Below are positions 23,666 through 36,370 of a DNA stretch of 64,000 bases, one piece after another. The first letter of the stretch is position 1. Every line of letters begins with the position of its first letter. The translations under genes were made by a program, and so were the position numbers. The stretch comes from Harriotta raleighana (lineage: Eukaryota), in the NCBI GenBank assembly GCA_050575255.1, contig JBNZDD010013724.1, positions 7,547,658 through 7,611,657 of the forward strand, in the 5' to 3' direction. The notes under the pieces are model-generated. The model was given only the letters and a program-made list of their open reading frames with translations, did not search any database and was not told the DNA's origin.

Positions 23666-24554
23666 TGCGATATCTAAAATACCACAGGCAGTTCAAATTC
23701 AAGCACAAAAAAACTCACAGGTTTAGTTCAAAGAAGTTAATGGGATTCACACAGTTTCAGAGTGTTAATGGAATCACTAGTAACAGCTAAGCAGTATTTC
23801 AGAGAAAGAAACAGTGCAGAATTGATTTCTTTTTAGGTGGCTTATTTTTATTAATGGTTGCATCAGCTTTGAGCTGACAACAATGAAGATGGCTTTTGTC
23901 CTTGGTTCACTCTATATTCAACAATTATAAACTAAGCCATGACCCTTAAATGAAATTATGGTGCCTTAAGTGGACACATTGGCACTGGGGTTTGTCTTAC
24001 ATTTGAAAATGTTTAGTTGCAATTTTCTGATTATTTCTTTTTTCCATTAAAACTTTATGAACAAAACCAATGCATTCCACAGTGCTATGTTTGTGCATAT
24101 GTGTGTAGGGTGGGGGGGGATTTGAAAAGTAGAGTTAAGCCGGTATTCCCCAAATCAATCCTGAAATGTTAGGATCAAAGACACCACTTGCTGGCTCATT
24201 GCCTGCAGCAACCTGTAAAACCAATTTAACAAGCGAGGTGGAAAGGGTTCCTCCCACATCCACCCCCCATACCAAACTGCCATCAAGCAGTTAGTTGCTG
24301 GAATATCTTCAAAAGTGGAATATTCTAATGTATCACCAAAATGGGTTCAGTATCATAAGATATGACATTCCTCAGCCCACGATGTGCACACTCTACAATG
24401 TGCCTCCACACACCGTGTGACACGACATGAAAGGCAGTGTAGAGGTACTTATGAGTGACCTTGGCAGTTTGTACTGCTGAATATATCCCCTAGAAACACA
24501 ACAAATGTGCATTTCCTATCCTATAAATAATTTTAAAATGATATTCTACGGAAT

Positions 24555-24750
24555 GGAAAATAGCGCAGTGGATTGGTACATTACCCTACATCCTTTGGGA
24601 CTTGCGTTTGAATCAATTCCAGACAGATGGGATGAAAGTTTTTGCTTTCCCATCTGCTGCTTTGGCTGGCTTCAACCTAGTTCCATGTTGGCAGAGTCAA
24701 TGGTGCAACCTAACTTCTCATTACTCAGCACAAATTGGTGCTTGATTAAC
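24555..24750 (+). mobile_element. Ancient LF-SINE-like fragment
   Basis: CAGTGGATTGGTA..GTTTGAATC..CCAGACAGATGGGATGAAAGT resembles an LF-SINE-type tRNA head (from recall; weak). Confidence 0.35.
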
Positions 24751-24977
24751 AGCATCTCTCCAAGGTCACAAGGATGGATTGAATTTGTAAAATGGAAGCA
24801 TTCACATTGGGGCACATGGGTTGTTCCTCTGAAGAGACAAGGGAGGAGCTTAGAAGAAACCTTTGCACATAGAACAAGAATTGATTTGTCACAAGTGGCT
24901 AATGACACTGAGACATAAAAACATTTACGAGGAAATTGGATAAACATTTCAAGAGGACTTGGGGTTTTAAGATCAGA

Positions 24978-27620
24978 CAACAACAACAAAATAAGAAAAT
25001 TACATTTATAGAGCGGCTTTCACATCAGGAGGATGTCCCAAGGCACTGGACTTGTAGGGAGGAGCAAGACAGAAGGGTCTTGAAGGTAAGAATGAGGGTT
25101 TTGTGCTCAATTCTCTGAGGAATGGAGGGCCAGTGAAGCCAGGTAAGAATGAGGGTAATAGGTGCCCCTACCCTGGTGTGGGAGATGACATGAGCTGCAG
25201 AGTTCTGAGCAATCTACAGCTTGTGGAAAGAGTTGGGAAATCTAGTATGCAAGCAATTGCTGTAGTCAAGCAGTTGGTGTATGAAAGGATAGATCGGTGT
25301 CTGGGTGGCACCAAATAAATCCAAGGTTTGTTCTTGTTGTTGAGGCGGGTAATTTTGTGTGGGGGTGGAAAGACGCTACGACAACTACAACAACAACATC
25401 TTGCAATTATATGGCACCATCCTTGCAAAGTAGTGTCTCATATTGCTTAACAGTGCCCGTGCCTGTCTCTTAGCAGGTGGGGGGTGGTGTGGCCATAAGC
25501 AAAGTCGAAAAGGAAGGTTTTCTGCTGGGACATGAAAAGGGGGAAAGAGGGGCACAACAGATGGATTGAGGAAGATTGTTTCAGAACTTTGGGGCATAGT
25601 GGCTGAAAGTGTGTCCTCCAATGGTGGAGTGGAGGGTACAAGGGTTGAGCAAGAGGATGGTTCAAATCAAGAGTTCGGGCTGCATTTAGGTACTTTCTGG
25701 GGCGGGCAATGTGGCAAAGGTGGTGGAAGGTGGTCCTGGTCAGGGCCCGAATGTGGGGGACAAAGAAAAGTTGGGGATTGAACCAGGCATCTATATTGAA
25801 CACTGGCTTAGTGAGTTTGAGAAAGACTCCAGGAAGGTTGAACAGTTCAGATCCGCAAGAATGAGGATGTTAATGGGAGCCAAGGAGTACGGCTTCCATG
25901 TTGTCCACATTTAGCTGCAGGAAACTTGCACTCATCCAGGCCCTGATGTCTGCCAAACAAGCTGATAGAACATCAGTGGACCTGCAGTCAATACTAGATT
26001 TGTGTGGAATCCACATACTTGTGAAACTTTAACCCATATTTGTGGATAACATTATCAAGATGGTACATATAGATAAGGAAACGAAGAGGGACAAGGATGG
26101 AGCCCTTTGGTAATCTTCAGATGACCAGGCAGGGGTGATAGGAAAAACTATTTGGGGAAGTGAAGTGAAGACAGGTGGTGAAGTAGGTCTTGAACCATGT
26201 GATTGTAGTCCACCAAAGTGGATGAGGGAGGAGAACTGGTAGAGGATGATGGCGTGGTCAACTGTTTTGAATATGGCAGGGAGATTCAGGAAAATGTGGA
26301 GGCAGAGGGAGCCCTGGTTACAGTTGGAAAGGACATTGTTTGTGACTTTGACAAGTGCTATCTCTGTGCAGTGGACAGGGTGAAAACCAGACTGCAGCGA
26401 CTCGAGGAGGGAGAGGTGTGACTGATTTTGACCTGCAACTGTGTGTTCCAGGACTTTAGCAAGGAAGGGTAAGTTGGAGATGGATGGTAGTATAAGAGAT
26501 TAGTGGGGTTGAGGTTGTTTTTTTTGAAGAGGGCTGTGATAATAGTGGCTCTCAGGGGAGTAGAACAGAGCCTGAGGAGAGAGACTGATTGACTGTGTTG
26601 GCTAGCAGGGGGAGAGGAGGATGGGTTGAGTGACCGAGTGATAGTTAGTCGAAAACAGTATCTTTGGGATGTTTTTGGCCTCCAGTAAGACTTTAGAGTT
26701 AAAGCCTGGTGAAAGAGAGAGGCGGTAAGTGCGGACATGCTCAAGCCGCACATGGAGATGATTTGTGATGCCGGATTTTTGCTATCTGCATTTGAGTGTC
26801 CGGGTTTGGGTTTTAAGTGAGTGGAGATGACTCTTGCACCAGGTGGATTTAGAAACAGCCCTGGATTTCAAGGGCAGCAGGAAATTAAGTGTTTTGGAGA
26901 GATGGTCATTCATCAATCATTCAACATCACTGTGGGTGGAGAGACAGAGGAACAGGAGTTCGGGAGGTAGAGAGGGCATTTATGAGGAAATCAGGAGGAA
27001 GCTTTTTCCAGGAGCAGAAAAAAAATGGTGAAGGGCTTGGAAGAAGGGATAGGAATGTGGGAAGAGAGGGAAATGAGGAAGTGGTCTGAGATGGCTTTAT
27101 CATGATGGACAGAACAGAAATGTCAAGGCCATGTTGATGATAATGAGGTTATGGAAGTGGCCACGGTTGTGGGTTGGTGAGTTGATGTGGAGGGTGAGGT
27201 ATAGGGAGGAGAGGACCTCAGTGAAATCCAAGGAGTTGAAATCACCCTTTATGAGCAGGTGTTCAGACCAGAGGTTCAGGAATGAGAGGCGAAAGGAGAT
27301 ATCAGTGAGGAAGGAGCCAGGAATTTCTTTGGGTGGGAGAGTGTGGGGTGGTAAACTAGTAGAATAGAAGGAGAGAGAAAGCAGATGGTAGAGGGTGAGG
27401 TGGTTAAAGGAGGAGAAAAAGCCGGAGGAATAGGGGGATAGAAAGGGAAGCTTGGAAAACGAGGGCCACCCCGCCGCCAAGTTGTTTAGGGTGCGGGGTA
27501 AGTGAAAAGTATAGCCACGAAAGGAGGCTTCAAGAAGGAGAATAGGGTCAAAGGGGATGAGCCAGGTTTCCATAAACCCATGAATAGCAATGTTTTCATC
27601 TAGGATTAGGTAATGGATAC
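24978..27620 (-). mobile_element. Near-complete but disrupted L2 ORF2 relic (APE endonuclease + RT); includes a second L2 3' end at about 25385-25690
   Basis: ETWL, GDFN, PTHNRGH (endonuclease, 27100-27573); QSGFHPVHSTE region near 26360-26400; RT relics 25700-26300; (CAA)n tail at 24978. Confidence 0.9.
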
Positions 27621-27720
27621 TACATCAAATGCGAGGATTATTGTTAGTACAGTATTATGCTATTACTTTCTAAATCACTCTGTAATGGTAGTTTAGCAGT
27701 GGTTTCAGGTGATGTAGTAC

Positions 27721-28380
27721 AAATACTCACTGTCTAGGCTAACACATGAACAAAGGTATAGTGGCAGAAGGTGACAGGTCTCTAAACAGTGTCTCTACTG
27801 CAAAAATAGAGAATACAAGTACAGTATTTTGTCAACTAATTTCCGAATAGTTTTATTAACAGTCCCAGTTGTATCAATAATTCTAGCAACTATGTTTGTT
27901 TTATACTGCTACATAAATTTGCATTCACTTTGTAGATCAATATATTTTCTGATCTTGTAATCACTTGGGATAGCCACATCAATAGTATGACATGTTAAAG
28001 CTGTTTGGTGCTTTATGAGAATATCTGATTTGTTACAGATGTAATGGAGTTTGGGTAATCTGTAAAATAGTTATGATGTTATATTTTGTTGACGTTTCTG
28101 CTGGTTGCCATTTGTACCAATTGGTCTTTACATCAATATCAAATTGTTTACAAATCATCCAGTGAATATTATTAATATTATTGCATTGCCAAAGATGATC
28201 TTGCTCATCTTCAATACACTAAATACTTACTTTTGGAAGAGTTCTAGCTGGTCTCTGCTGCTTCACTCCCACAGTCAAATAACCTATAAATACTCGCTGT
28301 CAAGGCTAACACATGAACAAAGGTATAGTGGCAGACGGCGACTAGGTCTCTAAACAGTGTCTCTACTGCAAAAATATAGA
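27721..28380 (+). repeat. About 90-bp direct repeat (27721-27812 and 28288-28380)
   Basis: AAATACTC(A/G)CTGTC(T/A)AGGCTAACACATGAACAAAGGTATAGTGGCAGA..GGTCTCTAAACAGTGTCTCTACTGCAAAAATA twice, no N between. Confidence 0.95.
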
Positions 28381-28869
28381 AAAATTAGATATTGATCTCC
28401 ATTTCATTTTGTTTGTGTATCATTGTTAAACTATGAAAATATAAGATATTGGCCTCTTGAACCTGAAAGACATCCAAACATTGCTGTCAGCATGAAATGA
28501 ATGCATTGAATAGTGTTAATATGATTACAGCTGCAATGTCTATAATCACAGTATAATCTATATGCATCCTCAGGTTGAGGAGAATGTCATGTATCTGCAT
28601 TAGACAATAACTTTTTAAATCTCACCTTAGCATTCCCAAAGTTACACTGGAAACTTAAGACAACTTGGTAGCAGTAATATTTTTAGTATTCAGTAATTTG
28701 TAAACATCTAAAAATGAAGATTGATACTCCCGGTTACTAGATTTGTCTTCAATCAAGTCTCTTACATTTAAAACAATTTTGAATATCCACTGCATTTTAG
28801 ATCTGGCCCCCATATTATTAACTAGTTAATCTTTTTTTTCCATGTTCATGAACTCTAATTAACTCTTAT

Positions 28870-29060
28870 TAAAATTAAAACAAGGTTTTAAAATTGGACC
28901 TCGATTTAACATCTCATCAGAGGATGACACCTCTAACAATGCAACACACCCCCAGCAGTGCATCGGAGTGTCAACTAAGACTATATAATTCTGTCCTGAC
29001 TTGGGGCTTGAACCGCCTTCTGTCTTAGTACTGTAATTCCACCGGGTCAAGCTGACACAA
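28870..29060 (-). mobile_element. Old Deu-domain SINE head fragment
   Basis: GACCTCGATTTAACATCTCATC..GGAGTGTCAA..GGGGCTTGAACC..AAGCTGACAC. Confidence 0.7.
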
Positions 29061-29128
29061 CGGCAGACTGAAAAAGAAAGTGAGACTCAGAAGTGCAAAA
29101 AGAATCCCTCCACTATTGTATTTGCCTN

Positions 29129-29401
29129 TGCACAGGGGCACTTATTAAACTTATGAACTTGAGTTTTTTACCGATTCGGTTAAAAAATGCTGTTTTACCA
29201 ATTTTTTTACCGAGTGTGCTGGAATGCTTTATTGGTAAGTATCCATACAATATTCTGTTACTATTTAGTGTTTTATTAGCATGGCATGTTTTAAAATAAG
29301 TTAATTTTTTGTGTTGGGTTTACGGCAACTTGTCTCACGTTTATCTGGCACAGTCAATTAGTCGACCATCCCGAGCGTGCTGGATAAACGGGGTTTTACT
29401 G
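29129..29401. mobile_element. Tigger/pogo-type MITE, right part (cut by N join)
   Basis: Ends GGATAAACGGGGTTTTACTG+TA; body matches 30250-30430. Confidence 0.85.
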
Positions 29402-30123
29402 TATTTGAAAAGTAAAAGAAGTTTCTCCCTGTGACCTGGCCAACAATGCTCAATATAAAATTGGTCACTCACTCCATGGCTCTTTGTGGGACATTACTGT
29501 GTGCAAATTGACAACCTATTATATAACAGTACAGTAAATCCTCTGAAGCATTTTGGGAAATCCTGTCAATGCGAAAGAGGCTATACCTAATGTAACGATT
29601 ATTAATAATAAGATAGTGAAGTACTTGAGATGTTCAACAAAGTGAAAAGTTATATATCAAGTGTAAGTATTATTATTATTATTACTACAATATTTAGATA
29701 TCATGCTGTTCTTGCACCAGATCTTCAGGCAGAAATTAGAAAACTTTTAATAAATGGAACATTACCACCTCCTATAAATGTACTGCGCTTTGGTCCGTCC
29801 CCCCGACGTGAAAGGTGCTATACGAGTGTAATTTTGTTGTTGTTTTTGTTGTACTGGCAAATAGAGGATAACTCATAGCACAGTACTTTTATTTTAAAAA
29901 CCTTTAATGATTATCTTATGACACTGCTGTCCAATCACATGCTAAGAATTCAAAAATGCTTTTGAAAAGTCATGTTGGAATTGTTACTAAAAAGATTTGA
30001 GACAAAAATAAGTATTGCAATATATATTTATGATGTTCAACTGAACACTTCATCAAACATTTACAATCCTCAGAAAACAGAGAGGTTGATTCTAGCTGGT
30101 GAAACTATTGTCATTTGGAGCTA

Positions 30124-30465
30124 CAGTAAAACCTTATTTATCTGGTATCCAACTGACCGGCATACTCAACCAATTGGTATTTCACAACACAATTCACCAT
30201 TCCAGCAACCAGGTCTCAGATTGGAAGCCATCCGGGACACTCGCAGTATGCTCACTTATTAAACTTACCGAACACTGGAATGCTTTTTTACCGATCATTT
30301 TACTAAGTGTGCTGGAATGCTTTATTGGTAACTATCCATACAATATTCTATTATTATTATTTAGTCTGTTATTAATATGGTATGTTTTAAAATAAGTTAA
30401 TTTTTGGGGTTGGATTTTCGGCAACTTGCCACTCGAATATCCGGTGTATTTGATTAATCCGCACC
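30124..30465. mobile_element. Tigger/pogo-type MITE lacking its right TIR
   Basis: TA+CAGTAAAACCTTATTTATCTGG start; body matches 29129-29330. Confidence 0.85.
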
Positions 30466-30929
30466 ATGTCACATCTTTGAGATGTCTCAAAATGCTTCAC
30501 AGGATTCACTGTAAAGTGAAATGACTGTACATTTTGTGGACTAACCATGGTGTGACACAGCAGTGTCTCACCAAGAGTTATGGACTGAGTGACCAGATTA
30601 TCATTTTTTTTAAGGGATCAATACCAGACTCCACAAATCATACATATATAAAATCAGTTTCTTTCTCTGTCTGCAAAAACCAAAAAAAATTACCTGTGGG
30701 TTATCGATTTGAGTTGTTTTTCTGGAGGCTATTTTATCAGATTTTATCAACATTTATCAGAGTATCAAAAAGAACTTGCATTTATATAGCTCCCTTCATG
30801 CAGTTAGCTTCTCGGAACATGTAACAGTGGTGTGGATTGACTCTGATCTTGAAGAAGAAGGGAGCTGACCGAAGACAATGTCTAAGGGGAAAGTATTTAA
30901 GTGTGATTTGACAACAACACAGCTTGTAT

Positions 30930-31222
30930 TTAGTGGTTAGAGTACTCGCCTTAGAAGCGGGAGACATGCGTTCATTTCCAGGCAGGGTGAAGCCTTGGGC
31001 AAATTTCCTTACTCTACATGCCCATTAATAATCCCTCAAAAATAACAATAATTAATTGGGCAATTCAATCCATGATTGTTTGTGGGACACTGCTATGTGC
31101 AATTGGCTGCTACGATTCATCCACAAATATAGTCAATTTACTTTACAGCATATTCTGTGAAGCGCTTTGAGATGTTTAGAAGATGTGACAAGTGCTACGT
31201 CAAATGCAAGGATAACTATTAT
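30930..31222 (+). mobile_element. Young SINE
   Basis: AGTGGTTAGAGTACTCGCC head, core and GCAAGGATAAC tail. Confidence 0.88.
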
Positions 31223-31249
31223 ATACACACTGCCCTTCACAGCATCTCT

Positions 31250-31640
31250 ATGTCAGTATAGCTCAGTTGGTAGGATTCTCACCGCTGTATCAGAAGATTG
31301 TGGATTCAAGCATTGGATCTTGAACTTGAACTATGCTGATGCTCCAATGCAACACTGGGAGTTTGTTGCAATTGTTGGAGTTGCTGTCCTTGGCATGAGA
31401 CATTAAACCCATGTCCTGTTTGCCTGTTTAGATGGATATTAAAGATACCTTGGCATTACTGTATATGAATTGCGTCTAGTGGCCTGGCCTACATTCCCCC
31501 AAATCAAATTGGCAATTCATGGGACAGTGTCTGTGCACAATTGGCTATGACATTCACCTACAAATTCACAAACATACATCACAGTAAAATCCTGTGAAGC
31601 ACTTTGGGATGTATTCCTGCATAAAAGGCATTATTAAAGT
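31250..31640 (+). mobile_element. Old Deu-domain SINE
   Basis: TAGCTCAGTTGG A box, GGATTCAAGC B box, GATGGATATTAAAGATACC Deu motif. Confidence 0.75.
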
Positions 31641-32697
31641 ATATAGCCACTGGCAAAGAGACAAGTCTTCAAGATTAGTCTTAAAGAACAGATGGTGACA
31701 GGATTGAGGCAGGGAGTTCCAGAAGTTTCGGTCTTAGTGTCCGAAAGCATGATTGGCTAAAACTGCCAAATATGTAATTTAAAAATACATTCTAACAGGA
31801 TTCAAAAACTATAAACTCATATATTTGAAACACAAATCTTAACTTTGAGTCTGCTAATTTAATTCTGAGTCTGCTGAGCTTGTGAGACACTGTTTTCAGA
31901 TAAGCTATGTGGTTTTAGCTGGCTAAACTCCATCAGTACCCAATCACAAACTTCGGGTTCGCCAAACCTTGGCTCTTGCCTGTACCTAATACGCATTGGA
32001 ATTAGGTAAGCAAGGTTCATCCATCTGGGGAGAGAATGCACATTCCTGGTTTGGATACTCCTAAGTATGATGTATGTGTCAGACACCCGGCTTTCAGCAA
32101 AAAAAACATAGAACTATACCCTACCACAAGCCACTCACTATCTTTCAAATAGAAAGGTAGAAACACAACAAAAAATTTCATCACATTGCTATGATTATAG
32201 ATTTTGAGTATAGTTAAAAGGCTGACATTTCTTCTGTATATATGGGATAGATGATGAATATGAGTTCAATGCAATTTTTTTTTACAACCATTGATGTGAC
32301 CCTCAGGACTTTGTTGCTTTCGTGTTTTGCAGTTAGCCGCTAGCTTTAATCAAATATTGTCCCACTGGTACCATCAGTTACTCGCTGTATAAAATATTAT
32401 GATCATAGAATGTTTCAGGTTATGAATCAACAGCTGATTCTTTTCCAATAACTTGCCAGTGGTTAATGTTAATGTTCTTGTGAATACATTAAGGTTGTGG
32501 AGGGGTCTCCATAGAGCTGGCTTCAAAGAGACTCCTCCACAATGTTTGGCAGCAGAATGTTGAAATTGAGCCCACCCTCTGTGGTAATCTCAGTAGTACA
32601 GTTCCTGAGCCAGGTGGGTCCTGAGTTTTCCACGGCACTGCTGAAAATCCCACACCCAGGCTGGATCAACAGTAGGACTTGGAAGGGTAGACCAGTC

Positions 32698-32923
32698 TGG
32701 GCAAACTTTGGGCAAGTTTCCTTATAATAATCCATCCAAAAACAACCTATAATGAATTGGTCGTTTAAATCCATGGCTATTTGTGGGACATTCCTGTGCG
32801 GAATTGGCTGCTGCGTTTTTCCCACAAATATAGAGTCAATTCACGTTACAGTACATTCTGTGAAGTGCTTTGAGACGTCTAGAAGATGTGAAAAGCGTGA
32901 TATCAAACGCAAGGATTATTATT
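32698..32923 (+). mobile_element. Young SINE, headless with internal deletion
   Basis: GGGCAAACTTTGGGCAAGTTTCCTTA joined directly to TAATAATCC; normal tail. Confidence 0.88.
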
Positions 32924-33139
32924 ATGCTGTAAAGTGAATTGACTACAGTTTGTGGGCAAAATGTGGCAGCCATTTGTAGGATGCATGGAACTCTCAGTTT
33001 GTTTGGATACTCTTGAGCAGGGTGATGAAGGGTTTCTGCATGTGTCAGTCCCTGGCTGACCAAATCAAAGTTACGGATGATAGCTGAACTTTGCAACATT
33101 TCATGCTTTCCTTGTAATAGTTATCATTTTGAAATCGAT

Positions 33140-33545
33140 TAGCAATAATCCTTGCATTTGATAAAGCATCAAGAGATCACACCAAAGTGTTTCACATAAT
33201 TTACTGCAAAGTTTAGTGAACTGAGTGTTTGCAGATGGATGCAGGAGGCAATTAGTGCATAGCAATGTCCCAAAACAGCCATGAAATGAATGATTATTTT
33301 TATTGCAGGATCGTTGGCTTGGACACCAGGAGAAACTCCCTTCTTTTAATGAATAGTGTAATCTGATGTTTAATGTCGACCTGAACAGGCAGATGGGATC
33401 TATGTTCAATGTCTCATCTGAAAGCTAATATCTCCCAGAAGCAGCAATCATGCCGCACTCTATTGCAGTCTGTCAGACAGCCTATGCCCGAGTCCCCAGT
33501 GTGGAGATGGGAAACTTTCAGACCAGGAGGCAAAAGTGCCATGAA
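33140..33545 (-). mobile_element. Old Deu-domain SINE
   Basis: GGACACCAGGAGAAACTCCCTTCTT..CCTGAACAGGCAGA..TGTCTCATCTGAAAG. Confidence 0.75.
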
Positions 33546-34139
33546 CCTACACTACAAAATAATCTAGCTTCATCTAGTGATAGCTAAAAAGATATATTCC
33601 AGTCCAAAAACAGAGTTTAAATAAAGAATATCCTCAGTCCAAACCATTGTGATGAGATTGGGTGGGGGGGTGAAATTATAGTTTCTTGTAACAACTACTA
33701 TGATAAGGAACAGTTATTACAAGCAATTTTTAATATCACCACCTATAGGAACAAGGAGCAATGTGCTTCCTTGTCGTTGTAATTAATTTTGTCATTGTCT
33801 CTAAAGAAATAATATGAACTCATTACAACACCCCCTAGCTCTCTTTCTAATCATCCATGTCTCTTCATTCACATATTGGTAACTCCCTTAGGAGATTCAC
33901 CAACTGTTAGGCTAGAAGGACAATGCTTTCAACAGCAAACAAACTTGATTCATGTTTTCAGATTGTGTGGACCCAAGCTGACCCCAGGATCATTAAATAC
34001 GAGTTCAGAACCAAATTGATGAACATGCTGAATCAAGTCGATAATCTGAGACAATTTATCTTACCTCCAAACTTTTCATCAGCAAACTTGAACAGAGAAA
34101 TCGATGTTTGACAACAAATCTTCCTTTGGCTGATTAAAG

Positions 34140-34490
34140 GTCCCAGAGTCTGGACCTGATCATACTATAATGATTGACTATACTAACATCCTGCTTATTG
34201 GACTTCCCAGCTTTTCCCAACACAAACTGAGATTCTCCAGAACTCTGCAACTCTCTACGTCCTCTCCTGCCCTAGTTTCTGAAAGCTCATCAACCCCATC
34301 CTCAGTCAGCTCTAATGTGTACCCATCTGCCAGTGGATCAAATTCATGATCCTCATTCTCACCATTAAATCACTTCTTAACCTGAGCCTACTCTACCCCT
34401 GCAGCTTCCTATACTCCTATCTTGCCAGCCACTTGCTTCACTCAGCAAACATTGGCCTCCCTCGTGTTTCTGCCCCATTTGCTCCACCAA
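34140..34490 (+). mobile_element. Degraded L2 fragment
   Basis: GACTATACTAACATCCTG..CTCCAGAACTCTGCA..CTCATCAACCCCATCCTC (DY.N / QNSA / HI.PIL relics). Confidence 0.6.
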
Positions 34491-35429
34491 CTGCCTATTC
34501 ATGTGGACATTAAACATCACATTATGCCATTCACAAAAAGAAGGGAGATTCTCACAGTTTCCTAGTCAACAATTCTAAACTAAAATTGATCATTCATTTA
34601 ATGGCTGTTTGGGTGCGTTACAACTATTTTGCTCCCACTATGGAACTCAATAATAATAATCCTTGCATTTCATATAGCGCTTTTCAGGTCTTCCCAGAAT
34701 CCCTCCAACTTGCTTCCTCGTNTGTTACAACTATTTTGCTCCCACTATGAAACTCAATAATAATAATAATCCTTGCATTTTATATAGCGCTTTTCAGGTC
34801 TTCCCAGAATCCCTCCAACTTGCTTCCTCGTCTTCTCATGTTCAATAATTGTATTGTACACCAGGCATGTCTACAATGGAGGCTGTTTGTTCAGCTCAGT
34901 GCTATGCTGATCTTTCACAAGCCATTCTGAAATTTCAAGACATTTACAGAAAGTTACAGAAAAAAAGAAAGTCAATTTTCCACTCCCTGTTTTCTTATCA
35001 ATGTTTATGGAGAGAAAAACAAACTTTCCTAAACATCTATTTCTTTTGAGTGTTTGTAAACATCATTTTCCTACTTATGTTAAATGATGTTAAGNAATTT
35101 TCCACTCCCTGTTTTCTTATCAATGTTTATGGAGAGAAAAATAAACTTTCCTAAACATCTATTTCTTTGAGTGTTTGTAAACATCATTTTCCTACTTATG
35201 TTAAATGATGTTAAGGTAGACAGTGAGCTGAGGTAGCATCAAGCATCATCATGTTTCATTGCCTAGTCTCTGAATAACTGCAAAATGTGTCACCCAAATT
35301 AGTGTCCCCAAAAACCTGAATACGTATATATTTTATACACAAATAATGCACAACAAATAATTTTTTTGAATTCTCACATTTACTTAGGGACAAGAGCTGT
35401 GGTAGAACTTTAACCTAAAGTGTTCCTTT

Positions 35430-35637
35430 GATAATAATAATTTTTGCATTTGATATAGCACTTTTCACATCTTCTAGACATCTCAAAGCACTTCACAGAA
35501 TATACTGTAAAGTGAATTGACAGTATTTTCGTGGGCGAAACACGGCAGCCAATTGCACACAGCAGTGACTCACAAACAGTCTGGATTGAGAGAACAAATT
35601 ATTTATTGTATTTTTCCTTGAGGAATTATTATTAGGC
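35430..35637 (-). mobile_element. Young SINE, 5'-truncated at the internal (TAA)n motif
   Basis: Tail at 35430; similarity stops at ATTATTATTAGGC 35637. Confidence 0.88.
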
Positions 35638-35863
35638 TGAGATTCAGCCACAGATTCAGAACAGCTTGAATGGTCTGTGGCCTCCTCTACTGAGTCTTCA
35701 CACACCAGTATCAGGCTGATTAGGCAGCAATCGCAATGCATCTTATTATTCCTGCTGAAAAGGCATAACAACTTTGTCCAATTCCCCTAATGACTATGAT
35801 CCTTGCCATTCATTCGTAATTAACCTAATTCATTGCATCAAATAAATGAACGTGTCAAGAGTC

Positions 35864-36370
35864 CAACAACAACAACTTGCCCAAGGCTGAGCCAGTGGGA
35901 AGGGGAAGGTGACTGTCAGCGCGGTCGAAGAAAGGTCTTCAGGCATGCCTGAAAGGGAAAGGAGGGGGTGCGACAAAGGGGTTAAACGAGTTTCGGGGGT
36001 GAAAGCACAGCCACCGATGATGTAGTTGAGTATTTGGGGGAGCAGGAGAATGCAGTAGAGCAGCGNAACTTGCCCAAGGCTGAGCCAGTGGGAGGGGGAA
36101 GGTGACTGTCAGTACGGTCGAAGAAAGGTCTTCAGGCATGCCTGAAAGGGAAAGGAGGGGGTGCGACAAAGGGGTTAAACGAGTTTCGGGGGTGAAAGCA
36201 CAGCCACCGATGATGTAGTTGAGTATTCGGGGGAGCAGGAGAATGCAGTAGAGCAGCGGGAGCAGGTACCACTGTGAGGGGAGAGGGGGTTAGAGAGGTA
36301 GAGGGGGCAGAGGACTTGAGAGATTAAAAGACAAGAATGAGGATCTTGAAGTTGATCCGCACCATGACAG
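35864..36370 (-). mobile_element. L2 3' fragment (duplicated across N at 36066)
   Basis: (CAA)n tail; purine-rich body ending in GATCTTGAAGTTGATCCG (RINFKI). Confidence 0.8.
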
